Part shown: positions 37,560 to 49,290 of the stretch, one piece after another | Position numbering within the stretch: position 1 is the stretch's first letter | Layout of the letters: each line of letters opens with the position of its first letter | Assembly: GCF_036365525.1 (NCBI RefSeq) | Contig: NC_090404.1 | Span: 45,641,544 to 45,705,543 of the forward strand | Source of the DNA: Heterodontus francisci | Lineage: Eukaryota | Length of the DNA stretch: 64,000 nt | Direction: 5' to 3' | Program-made: the position numbers and the translations under genes | Notes under the pieces: generated by a model | Database searches by the model: none | Told to the model about the DNA's origin: nothing | What the model saw: only the letters and a program-made list of their open reading frames with translations

Positions 37560-39570
37560 AAGTCTTCAAAGATGAGATGTTTTGGCTATAGGGTAGGTGC
37601 ATTTCCATGAGAGGGAAGGGAAGAGCATCCAAAGCTAGAGCTTCATGAAAGCTTAAAGCCATAGAGGTTAAAGTGATACAAAACTGGAAGCTTATGATAA
37701 TTCAGTAGAAAAGCTGGCTGAGTATAGGAAGTGCAGGAGAGAACTGAAAAAGGGAATAGAGGTGAACAGAAAGAGTATCAAATTAACAGCTAAAATAAAA
37801 GAGAACTCAAAAGCCTTTTATAAAGTTATAAGTTGTAAAATGATAGTTTAATGAAAGGTGGAACTGAGTAGGGACCAAAACATATATTTTTGTGGAATTA
37901 GAGAGCATGGCTGAGTTGCTAAACAAATAATTGCCATTTGTCTTCACTAAAAACGAGGATGCTGCCAATGTCACTGCAAATATGGAGGTAGCAAGGAATA
38001 TAGGTTAAAATAGATAATGATGTGGTAATTAAAAGGTCGATAAAGCGTCAAGTAAAAAGTCAGCTGGATGGACGGAATGCATCCGAACTTGCTAAGGGAA
38101 GTAAGGGTGGAAATAGATGAAGTTTTGACCACAATATTCCAATCCTCCTCAGATATTGGAGTGGTCCCACAGGACGGGAGCATCTCAAATGTTAGACCTT
38201 TGTCCAAAAAGTGGAGTGTGATAAACTCGACCACTACAGTCAGTCAGCCTAACGTTGGTGATAGGCAAGTTGTTAGAGGCAATAATGTGAAGCAAAATAA
38301 ATTGGCATTTTCGAAAATGAGGGTTAATAATTGGCAGCATCTCAGATTTGTTAAAGATAAATTGTGTTTAGCTAATTTGGTTCAGTTCCTTGATGGAATA
38401 ATGGAAAGAGTTGAGGGTAGTGTAAATGATGCTGATGTCAATTGAAATTCAAATGGCGTTTGATAAAGTGCCACATAATGGACTTGGTAGCAAATTTTAA
38501 GTCCACCATCTTAAAGGGGCAGTGGCTGCGTGGATACCAGATTAGGCAAGAAGCAAAAAGCGGGGAGTAGTGGTACACAATTATCTTTCAAATTGGAAAC
38601 AAGCATACAGTGATGCCAGCTAGCATTATTAATATTACTGTTCTTTTGGATATAAATAAATGACCTGGACTCGGAGATACAGGGCTAATTTCAGAGCTTG
38701 GAGATGACATAAAGCGTGCAAATGCAGTAAATAGCGAAGAAAACATAGACTGATTGTTCAAGTAGGTAGACACATGGCCTGTACAAGTAAATGCAGAGAC
38801 GTGTTAAGTGGTGCATTTCAGTAGAAGGAATGAGGAGAGACAATATAAACTAAATGATACAATTTTAAGAGGGGGTGGGGGGGGGGGGGGTGTAGGAACA
38901 CCCTGGGACTGCACGTATACAAATATCTGAAGATGGGATGCTAAGTTGAGAAGACCGTTTAAAAAATAAGCATACAAGATCCTTGGATTTATCATCAGAG
39001 ATAGAGATTGCAAATGCATGTAAATTATTCTAGATCTTAAAAATCACTGGCTAGGCCCCAACTAGAATTATGTGACTATTTTATGAACCGCACTGACGGA
39101 AGGAAGTTAAACCCTTAGGAAGGGTACAGAGGAAATTTACAATAATGGTACCAGTGATGGTGGATCTTACTTACGAGGGGGTTTTAAAGAAACTGGAATT
39201 GTTCCTTTCGGAGCAGTGCATGATAGGCAAGAGTTAATAGAGGTGCTAAAAATCACAAAGTGTTTTGAAAGAGTAATTAAGGAGAAACTGTTTTCAATGG
39301 CAGAGACGTCAGTAATAAGTGGAAAAGAGTGAAAAAAACAAGAACTGGAGGAGAGATGGGGAGCATTTTATGCATTAAGTTGGTACGATCTGAAATGCAC
39401 TGCCTGAGAGCCTGGTGGAAGCTGATTCAATTGTAACTTGCAAAGGTAAATTGGATAAAAACGTAAAGGGAGAAAATTGCAGAGCTGTGGAGGAAAAGCA
39501 GGGAGTAGGACTCATTGGATAGTTCCTTCAAAGAGCCATGGAATGATCTCCTTCTGTGTTGTATCATTTA
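37560..39570 (+). mobile_element. Old CR1 ORF2 remnant
   Basis: DGMHPNLLREVRVEI and CLANLVQF motifs; decayed 3' end. Confidence 0.75.
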
Positions 39571-40691
39571 TGATTTCTTCGCTATTTACTGCATTTGCAC
39601 GCTTTATGTCATCTCCTAACTCTGAAATTAGCCCTGTATCTCCGAGTCCAGGTCATAATCTATGATTTCAGATGCTCTAAATTTTTATTGTTGCTTCTTA
39701 TCTGGCTGCCAATGGTGGGACGATGAAAATCAGAGATGTGCGAGGGGCCAGGATTGAAGAGAGAACAGTGATCTCGGAAGGTTTTAAGGTTGGAGAAGGT
39801 TTCAGAGACAAGCAGGAACGAGGTCGTAGGGGGATTTGACCACAAGGATGAGAATTTTAAATTCGACGTGTTGTACAACTGGAAATAAATGTAGGTCAGC
39901 AAACACAGGGGTGATGCATGAACAGGACTTGGTGCGAGTTAGGATCCAGACAGCAGAGCTAAATTTCGCGGAGGATTTCGCAGTGGGAGGCCAGCCTGGA
40001 GAGATTGTATTCAGCAAGGCCTCAGATAACAAGAGCATGAATTGGGGCTTCAGCAGAAGATGGGGTGAGACAGGAGCTGTTACAGTGGTAGATGTAAAAG
40101 GCCTAAGTGATGATAAGGATACGGGGTCAGAAACTCATCACAGGATCAAATCTGTTGCCCAGGTTAGGAACAGTCTGGTTCCACCTCAGACAGTGACGTC
40201 AGAGAGATGAAGTCAATTAGGGAAGAAGTGAAATTTAGGCACATTTCATGAGAACAAACTATAACAGACATAACATTATGAGGATTTGTTATAACTTAAA
40301 TGGAAAGAAGGCTATTTGGATTGGTCCATAAACAGGGGGCATAATTTTAACATTATCAGGCAAAGAATGAAGGACGAGATTAGCAGAGTTATTTTATTAT
40401 GGAGAAAGTTGTTTGGACATGGAATGCCTGGCCAGAAGTTGATGATGTTAACAGAATCAGCGATTTCGTTTAAAAGGAGGCAGAGAAATATTTGAAGAAC
40501 AAAATATACAGAAAGCACAGGGCAAGAGAACCTAAGGGTAACATTTGTGCTGCAACACTCGTTTGTGGGAACTGGAAGCATATGGCGAAACTGTGCACTT
40601 CCAACCTCTCGCCCTCCAGCCATAATGGTGAATAGATAAAGAATCACGGGTGGAAGACGGGAAATTGCTACATGTGCGTTCCCAGCCTCCA

Positions 40692-40705
40692 CCACCAGAG
40701 GGCGC
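40692..40705 (+). promoter_or_regulatory. Candidate CTCF binding site
   Basis: CCACCAGAGGGCGC fits the CTCF core CCASYAGRKGGCRS exactly and lies in a small non-TE, CpG-containing patch. Confidence 0.55.
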
Positions 40706-41449
40706 AGCGGGGTTTCTACGACGAAGTGGTTAATCTTGCTTTTGCAAAGAACCAGCACTGGCGCCGTGAATTGAATTAATCTTCTGTGTTATAAACGCTA
40801 GGATTCTTTCAGTCTCTCAACTAACATTACCAAAACCTCAGTGCTTTCTCTGATCTCTGAAGTCTGATGTACAAACTCGCCACTCCTATAAATCCAAAAT
40901 TCACTTTCTTTTGGAAACGTCTGCTTCAAAACATTTCCCGGTAAAGTTCCAAAATCAAACTGTTCCATAAGCAGGAAAATGAATGCATATTATCGGTAAC
41001 AAACAGCAACAACAACTTATATTTAGATAGTTCTTTTTAGTGTAATAAAGCGTCCAAGGCACGTCACAAAAACGTTAAAAAACAAAATTTGACAGCGATC
41101 CACATTGCATGGCCAAAAGCTTGGTCAAGGAGGAAGGATTTTAGAAGTGTCTGGAAGGAATAAAGAGAGGCAAAGAGGCAGAGAGGATTCGGAAGGAATT
41201 CCAGAGCTTATGGTCGAGGCAGCTGAAGGCATGGCCACCAATTGTGGAACAATTAAAATCAGCGATGCTGAAGATGCCAGAAGCAGATGAACGCAGGTAT
41301 CTCGGAGAGTAGAGGGGTTGGAGAAGATTAAACAGATAGGGATGGGCGAGTCCATGAGGGATCTGAAGACAGTGATGAAGATTTTAAAGTCAAAGCTTTG
41401 GTTGATCGAGTCATAATGTAGGTCAGTCAGCCTGCACAATGATAAGGTG

Positions 41450-42028
41450 TCATAGAGTCATAGAGTTATATAGCACAGAAACAGGCCCTTCGGCCCATCG
41501 TGTCTGTGCCGGTCATCAAGCAACTAACTATTCTAATCCCATTTTCCAGCACTTGACCCGTAGCCTTGTATGCTATGGCGTTTCAAGTGCTCATCAAAAC
41601 ACTTCTTAAATGTTGTGAGGGTTCATGCCTCTACCACCTCTTCAGGCAGTGCGTTCCAGATTCCAACCATCCTCTGGGTGAATTTTCTTTCCTCAAATCC
41701 CCTCTAAACCTCCTGCCCCGACCTTAAATTTATGCCCCCTGGGTATTGACCCCTCCGCTAAGGGAAAAAGTTTCTTCCTACCTAATCTATCAATTTCCCT
41801 CATAATTTTGTATATCTCAATCATATCTCCCCTCATCCTTCTCTGCTCTAAGGAAAACAACCCTAGCCTTTTTAGTCTCACTTCATAGCTGAAATGCTCC
41901 AGCCCAGGCAACACCTTGGCGAATCTCCTCTGCACTTACTCCAGTGCAATCACATCCTTCCTATAGTGTGGTGCACAGAACTGTACACAGTACTCCAGCT
42001 GTGGCCTAACTAGCGTTTTATACAGCTG
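41450..42028 (-). mobile_element. CR1 3' fragment inserted in the L2-like element
   Basis: QRRFAKVLPGLEHFSYEVRLKRLGLFSLEQRR; (TCATAGAG)n tail. Confidence 0.88.
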
Positions 42029-43189
42029 TGAACGAGACTTGGCGTGATTAAGAAACGGTCAGCAGAGTTTTGGATGATCTCAGTTTTAGGGAGATTGGGC
42101 AAAAGTGCATTGCAGTAGTCGAGTCTCTAACACAACAAAGGTGTAAATGACGTTTTCAGCAGCAGATGAGCTGAGGCAGGGGCATGAAGGTGGAAATAGT
42201 CGGTTTTACTGGTGGGGAGTATGGACATGTGGCCAGAAGCTCATTTCCTGGTCAAATATGACACTAAAGTGGCAAACAGCTTCGTTTACCTTCAGACAGT
42301 TGCCAGGGAGAGAATTTGATTCAGGAGCTAGGGAATGGACTTTATAACAGGAACTGAAGACAATGGCTTCTGTCTTCCCAATATTTAGTTGGAGTAAATT
42401 TCTGCTCATCAATTACTGGTTGTTGAACTAACAATCTGACAATTTAGAGACAGCAGAAGAGTCAAGAGATGTGGTGGTGAGGTAGAGCTGGGAGCCGTTA
42501 GCACATATGTGAAAACTATTGTGCTTTCAGATGCTGTTGCCAAAGGGTAGCAAGTAGATAAGAAATACAAGGAGGAATAGGTGAAATAATAATAGATATA
42601 CGTCTAATATCTGACCACCACTACATGCCACGTCGAGAGTTAAGATGTTTTTACCCCAACGCATTGATCATTCTTTATTCAGAAATTATCACGCGATAGA
42701 AACATTATTTGAACGTTCGTTCAATATCTAAACTCCATTCTCCCAAAACTCCCACTGTGATATCCTACATTTCTTTCCAATTTCAATTGCCACAGCCATA
42801 CACCAACTACAAATGACAATATGATAAGCACGGAGTCATTGGGAAAGTCGCAATGGCACCTGGAAACCTTCTTTCTCAGACTGGAGTCTTGGACTTGTCC
42901 TATCCCATAAAACGTCTCCACAAGCAAGCAATCCCTATATAACACAACTCATAGAACAGCAATATTTTGTGATCTTGAATGTGAATGTATCAGTGATATT
43001 TCAGAAGCAGTTGTTTTTTTTAAGTAATCTCTTGTATGCCATCTGCACTTTGCACAGACAGTGGTTGCGAGCCAATCATATTATCTTAAGAATCAATAGA
43101 TGGCCTCTAATTTTGAAAATATTTCAAAGCAATGCTAAGGAAAATAAAACAAACGAAAATTAACTTGAGACCATGATTTCAATAAATAA

Positions 43190-43400
43190 ATGAAGACTTG
43201 AATTTCTATCGCATCGTTCACAATCTCACTGCATCCAAAACGTTTTTCGAAGAGTAGTCACTTTTGAAATGTATGAAAGGCGGCAGCTAATTTGCACACA
43301 GCAAGATCCCACAAATGGAAATGTGATAATGATGAGATCATCTGTTTCTGATGTTGGTTGAAGGATAAATACAGGCTGGGACATGAGGGAAATGGTCTTT
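43190..43400 (-). mobile_element. DeuSINE/SacSINE-like fragment
   Basis: GGCAGCTAATTTGCACACAGCAAGATCCCACAAA...GATGTTGGTTGA.GGATAAATA resembles the recalled Deu-domain SINE consensus. Confidence 0.55.
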
Positions 43401-43442
43401 TCATAATTATAGAAGGGAGTAAAACATATTTTGCAATTTTAG

Positions 43443-43753
43443 GACTTGCTCCACCAACCATCAATCTGTTCTATTCTGGAACTGATGAACTGAGAATAAA
43501 GGGGTTGGTGCAACTGTTTTGCATCATCAGTGAATACAAACCAGAAAGCATTACAGTGAGCTGGGAGAAGAATGAAAACTCCATACAGTCTTTACCACCA
43601 CATGCCCAGCTAAAACATCGATCGGAGATTTTAGCTCCACAAGCATCCTTAAAGTGCCCCTGCAGGACTGGAGCAGCGGTTCTGTGTACAGCTGCCAAGT
43701 ATCCCATTCTGCAACCAACAGTATCCAGCGGAAAGACATTCGATCAAAATCAG
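43443..43753 (+). pseudogene. IgNAR: IgNAR heavy-chain C1 domain exon, frameshifted
   Basis: TTTTAG acceptor, CAG|GTGAG donor. LAPPTINLFYSGTDELRIKGLVQLFCIISEYKPESITVSWEKNENSIQS/TTTCPAKTSIGDFSSTSILKVPLQDWSSGSVYSCQVSHSATNSIQRKDIRSKS closely matches recalled nurse shark IgNAR C1 (LLKVPLQEWSRGSVYSCQVSHSATSSNQRKEIRSTS). At 311 nt, about 4 nt are missing near 43590. Confidence 0.92.
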
Positions 43754-44399
43754 GTGAGGAAATGAAACCAATTCAGAAGGTTGCAAGGGTGAAATATGCT
43801 CACTTTTTGTATCCGTATTGGATTAGTTGGGATGCTATTGTGACCATTTATCAGTGAGGATTGATCATTCCCGAACTGGCTCAGTGAATGACATCTGTAC
43901 CAATTCATGGTGAACTGAAATTCTACGGTAAAAATCATTGCAAATATTTCAGCAGTGACGTCTGAGCTCCCTGAAGGTGCTCTTTTAAAGAGAAAGCATA
44001 GGCACGATGGACCGAATGGCCTCCTTCTGTGCTGTATCATTCCCTATTTCAGCGGCAATGACTGATCTACTGGATGGTGCTCGCTGCCAGGCAAGCATTT
44101 CAAAAGGCACTAAAATGTCTTGACATGAATATCATGTAACGCATCCAGCATAATCTTTTATGATATTGCAAACAATTCATAAAGATTCCCTCACATCCTA
44201 TTTAATTACTTCACCAAATTAATCCAGGCAAAACGGGACAGAAATACAGAACAAAAGTGTATCTTCAGAAACGAATGGATCAAATTTAACAGTGCAGTTC
44301 AGTTACTCATTACATTTGTGAGGATTTATTATATTTATTACAGGGTTCGGTACAAAATTCACTATTCATTATTTAGCTAGTTAGCCTTACATAAGTAGC

Positions 44400-46110
44400 G
44401 AGGAAAATGATAGAGTCTATTATAAAGGATGTGATAAAACCTGGAGAGCATAAAATGGATTGGGGAAAATCAGCATGGGTTTACAAAAGGGAAATCATGC
44501 TTAACAAACCGACTGCAGTTATTTTGCGGATGGAACTAGTAGAATAGATAAGGGAGAACCAGTGGATGTGGTGTATTTTGATTTTCAGAAGGCTTTTGGT
44601 AAGGTCCCGCATAAGAGGTTAGTGTGCAAAATTAAAGCACATGGGATTGGGGGTAACATAATGGCATGGATTGAGAATTGGTTGACAGACAGGAAACAGA
44701 GAGTCGGAATAAACAGGTCTTTTTCCAGGTGGCAGGCAGTGACTAGTGCGGTACCACAGGGATCAGTGCTTGGGCCCCAGCTTTTCACAATATAACTTGG
44801 GTGGGGGAACTAAATTTAACATTTCCAAGTTTGCAGACGACACAAAGCCAGGCTGCAGGGTGGGGGTGGGGGAATGTGTGCTCTGAGGAGGATGCAAAGA
44901 GACTCCAATGTGATTTGGACAAGTTGGGTGAGTGAACAAATGCGTGACAGGTGCAGTATAACGTAGATAAATGTGAGGTTATCCACTTTGGTTGTAAGAA
45001 CAGAATGACAGATTATTATCTGAATGGTAATTGATTTGGAAAGAGGGAGGTGCAACGAGATCTGCGTGTCCCTGCACACCAGTCGTTGAAAGCAAGCAAC
45101 TTAGAAGGCGAATGGTATGTTACCATGGAGAGATACAGCACTGAAACAGGCCCTTCGGCCCACCGAGTCTATGCCAACCAAAAACCACCCATTGATACTA
45201 ATCCTACATTAATCCCATATCCCCGACCACATCTCCACCATTCTCCACCATTCTCCCACCACCGACCTACACTAGGGGCAATTTACAATGGCCAATTTAC
45301 CTATTAACCTGCAAGTCTTTGGCTGTGGGCTGCACCCGACAGAAACCCACACAGTCAGAGGGAGAACTTGCAAACTCCACACAGGCAGGACCACGAACCG
45401 AACACGGGTCACTGGAGCTGTGAGGCTGCTGTGCTAACCACTGCACCACTGTGCCGCGCTTTTTGGCATTGCGGCCTTCATTGCAAGAAAATTTGACTAC
45501 AGGAGCAAGGATGTCTTACTGCAGTTATACAGGGCCTTGGTGAAGCCACATCTGGCGTATTGTGTGCAGTTTTGGTCTCCTTATCGGAGGAAAGATGTTC
45601 TTGCCATGGGAAGAGTGCAAAGAAGATTTATTAGGCTGATTCCTGGGATGCCAGGATTGAAGTATGAGGAGAGATTGGGTCGACTAGGCTTATATTCACT
45701 AGAGTTTAGAAGAATGAGAGGATATTTCATAGAAACCTATAAAATTCTGACAGGACTAGACAGGCTAGATGCAGGGAGGATGTTCCCGATTGCTGGGGAG
45801 TCCAGAACCAATGGTCACAGTCCTAGGATATGGGGTATGCCATTTAGAACCGAGATAAGGAGAAGTTTCTTCACTCAGAGGGTGGTGAACCTGTGGAATT
45901 ATCTACCACAGAAGGCAGTGGAGGCCAAGTCATTAAATATATTCAAAACAGAGATAGATATATATCTTAATGCCACAGGGATCAAGGGATATGGGGAGAA
46001 ATCGGGCACAGGGTACTGAATTAGACGATCAGCCAAGGTCTTTGTTGAATGGTGGAGCAGGACCGCAGGGCCGAATGGCCTACTCCTGTTCCTATTTCAA
46101 TGTTTCTATA
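44400..46110 (+). mobile_element. CR1 LINE 3' half in the IgNAR intron
   Basis: DFQKAFGKVPHKRL, VPQGSVLGP and YCVQFWSPY motifs; 3' tail near 46100. Confidence 0.9.
45124..45457 (-). mobile_element. HE1-type SINE nested in CR1
   Basis: Reverse complement of the SINE at 10883. Confidence 0.85.
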
Positions 46111-46349
46111 TTTCTAAAATTGCCTACATGAAATGAAATAGTTGAGAGCGGGATAGAGAATGTAAGAACGGTGAGTGAGAGAGGGATAGACTTTGAGAGA
46201 GAGCTGTCACTAAATTAAAGAGACAGATATGATCAGAAAACCAATAGAAAACAACAAACTGTTCTTTCTTTTATAGATTTTCTTTAAAACGAGATAGGCC
46301 AGAGATATATGACTAATTGTACAACAATTCTAGGGAGCCATCAAGCATG

Positions 46350-46770
46350 ATCTGCCCATTTGATTTGTCTATCTCTCTCTCTTTCTCGCTCTCTCCATCT
46401 CCGTCAGCTTCTCTCTCTGTGTCTGTCACTCTACCACTTTACAACCGGCTATCTCTCTCTCCCCCTTTGTTTCTATGTATCTGTATGTCTGTTTTTATCT
46501 CTGCTGGTGTCCGTCTCTCTGGCTCCCTTTATCGCTCTCTCTCCCCCCTTCTCTATCTCTCTGCCTCTCATTCTTTCTCTGTTTGTCTCTCCATCCTACT
46601 CTCTTTGCTGGTGCCTCTCTGTCTGCTGCTCTGTCCCTGCCTGTTTCGTTCCATCAAGTTCTCTCTCCTTTGGCCTGTTTCTGTTTCTCATTATCACTCT
46701 GTTGCTCTCTATTCTTCTTTTTATGTCCCTTTCTATCCAGCTCTCTTTTTGTCTCTCTCCCTGTCATTCA
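46350..46770. repeat. CT-rich low-complexity tract
   Basis: Degenerate (CT)n; the overlapping Ser/Leu-rich ORFs are artefacts. Confidence 0.85.
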
Positions 46771-46939
46771 GTTTAATTACATTTTTCAAATTTGTGATTC
46801 AACTTAACCTGCGTGAAAACAACAGAATTATGTTTTAAATTCAATAGTAATCAGTGAAAGATATGCTCATATCTTGCCCAGCTATCAGTTGTCACTGAAA
46901 TTACATTCTTCCGAAACAAATGGATTTATCAACATTGAA

Positions 46940-47340
46940 GCCTGGTCTGGAGGGCATTAGCTATGAGGAGAGGTTGGATAAACTCGGATTGTTTTCACTG
47001 GATCGACGGAGGTGGAGGGGCGACATGATAGAGGTTTACAAAGTTATCAGTGGAATGGACAGAGTGGATTGTCAGAAGCTTTTATCCAGGGTGGAAGAGT
47101 CAGTTACTAGGGCACATATGTTTAAGGTGCGAGGGGCAAAGTTTGGAGGGGATGTGCGAAGCAAGTTCTTTACACAGAGGGTGGTGAGTGCCTGGAACTC
47201 GCTGCTGGGGAAGGTGGTGGAAGCAGGTATGAGAGCGACGTTTAAGAGGCATCTTGACAAATACATGAATAGGATTGGAATAGAGGGATAGGGCCCCCAG
47301 AAATGCAGAAGGTTTTAGTTTCGACAGGCATCAGATCAGC
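46940..47340 (+). mobile_element. CR1 3' fragment
   Basis: PGLEGISYEERLDKLGLFSL...FKRHLDKYM; same subfamily as 13392-14647. Confidence 0.88.
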
Positions 47341-48029
47341 GCAGCATGAGAACGGGAACAATTTGTCCCAATTAAATCCCAGTCAGTGGAATTCCTGATC
47401 TGTGGAATAAATGATTGGAAATATTATTAGCACAATAATAGCCCCACCACCTCCGTGTGAAGGATGAAGAAGCAATAAACTTCCCTGGATCTGGGGTTGG
47501 ATACCATTTCCTGCTGAGTTCGTTGATTTCACCTGATGGCGTTCGGAGCCTGAAATTGGTCTTAGTGTCCCTAAATTCACGAAACAGCAATAGTGCATGG
47601 TTCTGTTCCTGATCTATGATAAGTGCATGTGTGCTATTTGTGGGAAAAACAAGAGAGGACTTGGCTGCAATATCCTCACGGCAAAACAACCTGCTCTTAT
47701 TTACTGTGTTTCACGCCTTATGAACAATAGACCATTGGCTGAGGTACCAGACGAACCAATAGATCCCGTGCAGGAGTGAGTATATGAGAGGATACAATAA
47801 GGTAAATACTGCAATCAGACACAATCATAAACATTAAAAACCGAGCCTCTAGGATTGGTGAGCACCATTGCACTGTAATAGTCAGCTATGCACACTATAA
47901 ACGTCTTATGTTCTGCCACCAGACTCCATTGAGTTAACAAATCCCAACAGGTGGCTTTTTTGAAAGATAGAATCGCCTAGGCACATCCGGGTTTCTGAGC
48001 AGAAACCCGTTGTTTCCTGTTACGTAGGA

Positions 48030-49290
48030 TTTCATAGAATATACGGCGTAGTAACAGGCCATTCGGCCCAATAAGTCCATGTGGGCGTTTATGCTACACT
48101 CAAGCCTCCTCCCATATTTCTTCATCTAACTCGGAGAGCACAATGCTCTGTTGCTATCTCGTTCATATGTTTACCCTCCATCTAAATAAATTTATACTAT
48201 TCGTTTCAACCACTCCTTGTGGCAGACAGTTCCCCGTTTTCATCTCTCTCTACGTAAAGAATCTTGTTCCGAATGCCCTATTTAATTTCTTGTTGACGAC
48301 CTTATGTTGATGGCCACTAGCTTTGCTCTTCTCCAAGTTGAAAAATTCTCTTTGTGTCTACTCTACCAAAATATTTCTTAATTTTTAAAACCTCTATTAG
48401 GTTACCCCTCAGCCTTCTCTTTTCAGGAGAAAAGAGACCTCGCCAGTTTATCCTCTCCTGAAAGGATTGCCCTCGTATTCATGGTATCATCCTTGTAAAT
48501 AATTTTTGAGCCTTCTCCGATTCCTCTGTATCATTTTTGTTATAATATGGCAACTAGATTTTATGCAGTACTCCAGGTTCGAAACATGTTTAGCATTTAC
48601 CTATGAACTCCTTTATCTTTCAATTCTATCTCAATAGAAATATACCCTAGTGATTGATTAGCTTTTGTATGGTTTTAGTTTTAGAGCACTGGAACAGGCC
48701 CTTCGGCTCACCGAGTCTGTGCCGACCATCAACCGCCCATTTATACTAATCCTACAATAATTCCATAATCCTACCATATCCCCACCTGTCCCTATCACCT
48801 ACCTATACTAGGGGCAATTTATAATGGCCAATTTACCTATCAACCTGCAAGTCTTTTGGCATGTGGGAAGAAAACATAGCATCCGGAAGAAGCCCACGCA
48901 GACGCAGGGGGAACTTGCAAACTTCACACAGGCAGCACCCAGAATTGAACCCGGGTCGCTGGAGCTATGAGACTGCGGTGCAAACCACTGCACCACTGTG
49001 CCACGCACACTTCATTGACCTGTGCTTCTACTTTTAATGATTTATTCATTTGTACTCCCAGATCCATTCGCTCCTCTTCCACATTTATATTCTTATTTTC
49101 TAGGTAATATGTACCCATTTAACTTTATTGGCACAAGGCATTACTTTGCATTTGACTATGTTAATATAATTGGCCAATTATATTCCCATTCGGCAAGTTT
49201 CTTCATATCTTCTTGCAATTTGTTTCATTCCTCCTCAACATTGACTATTCTCCGAAATTTGATGTAATTCGCAAATTTAGAAATTGGGTT
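48030..49290 (-). mobile_element. Old CR1 3' remnant with a nested HE1-type SINE (48673-49003, minus)
   Basis: CR1 3' hairpin near 48055-48075; complete SINE reverse complement. Confidence 0.75.

Larger units (their letters stand above)
39670..42570 (-). mobile_element. L2-like LINE fragments (39670-40210, 41000-41440, 42030-42570)
   Basis: ITPVFADLH..PV.Q.VEFKIL and NLLQLNIGKTEAIVF; (TTG)n-type tail near 41005. Confidence 0.7.

Noticed and set aside
40750-40780. GCACTGGCGCCGTGAATTGAAT as a decayed IgNAR J segment
   Set aside because: Resemblance is too weak; no RSS and no splice donor.
42753-42759. CACTGTG heptamer upstream of C1 as a J or D RSS
   Set aside because: No nonamer at 12 or 22/23 spacing, and no J-like coding sequence follows.
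46317-46838. Hydrophobic Ser/Leu ORFs as a transmembrane exon
   Set aside because: Translation of a CT repeat; no Ig TM (CART) motif.
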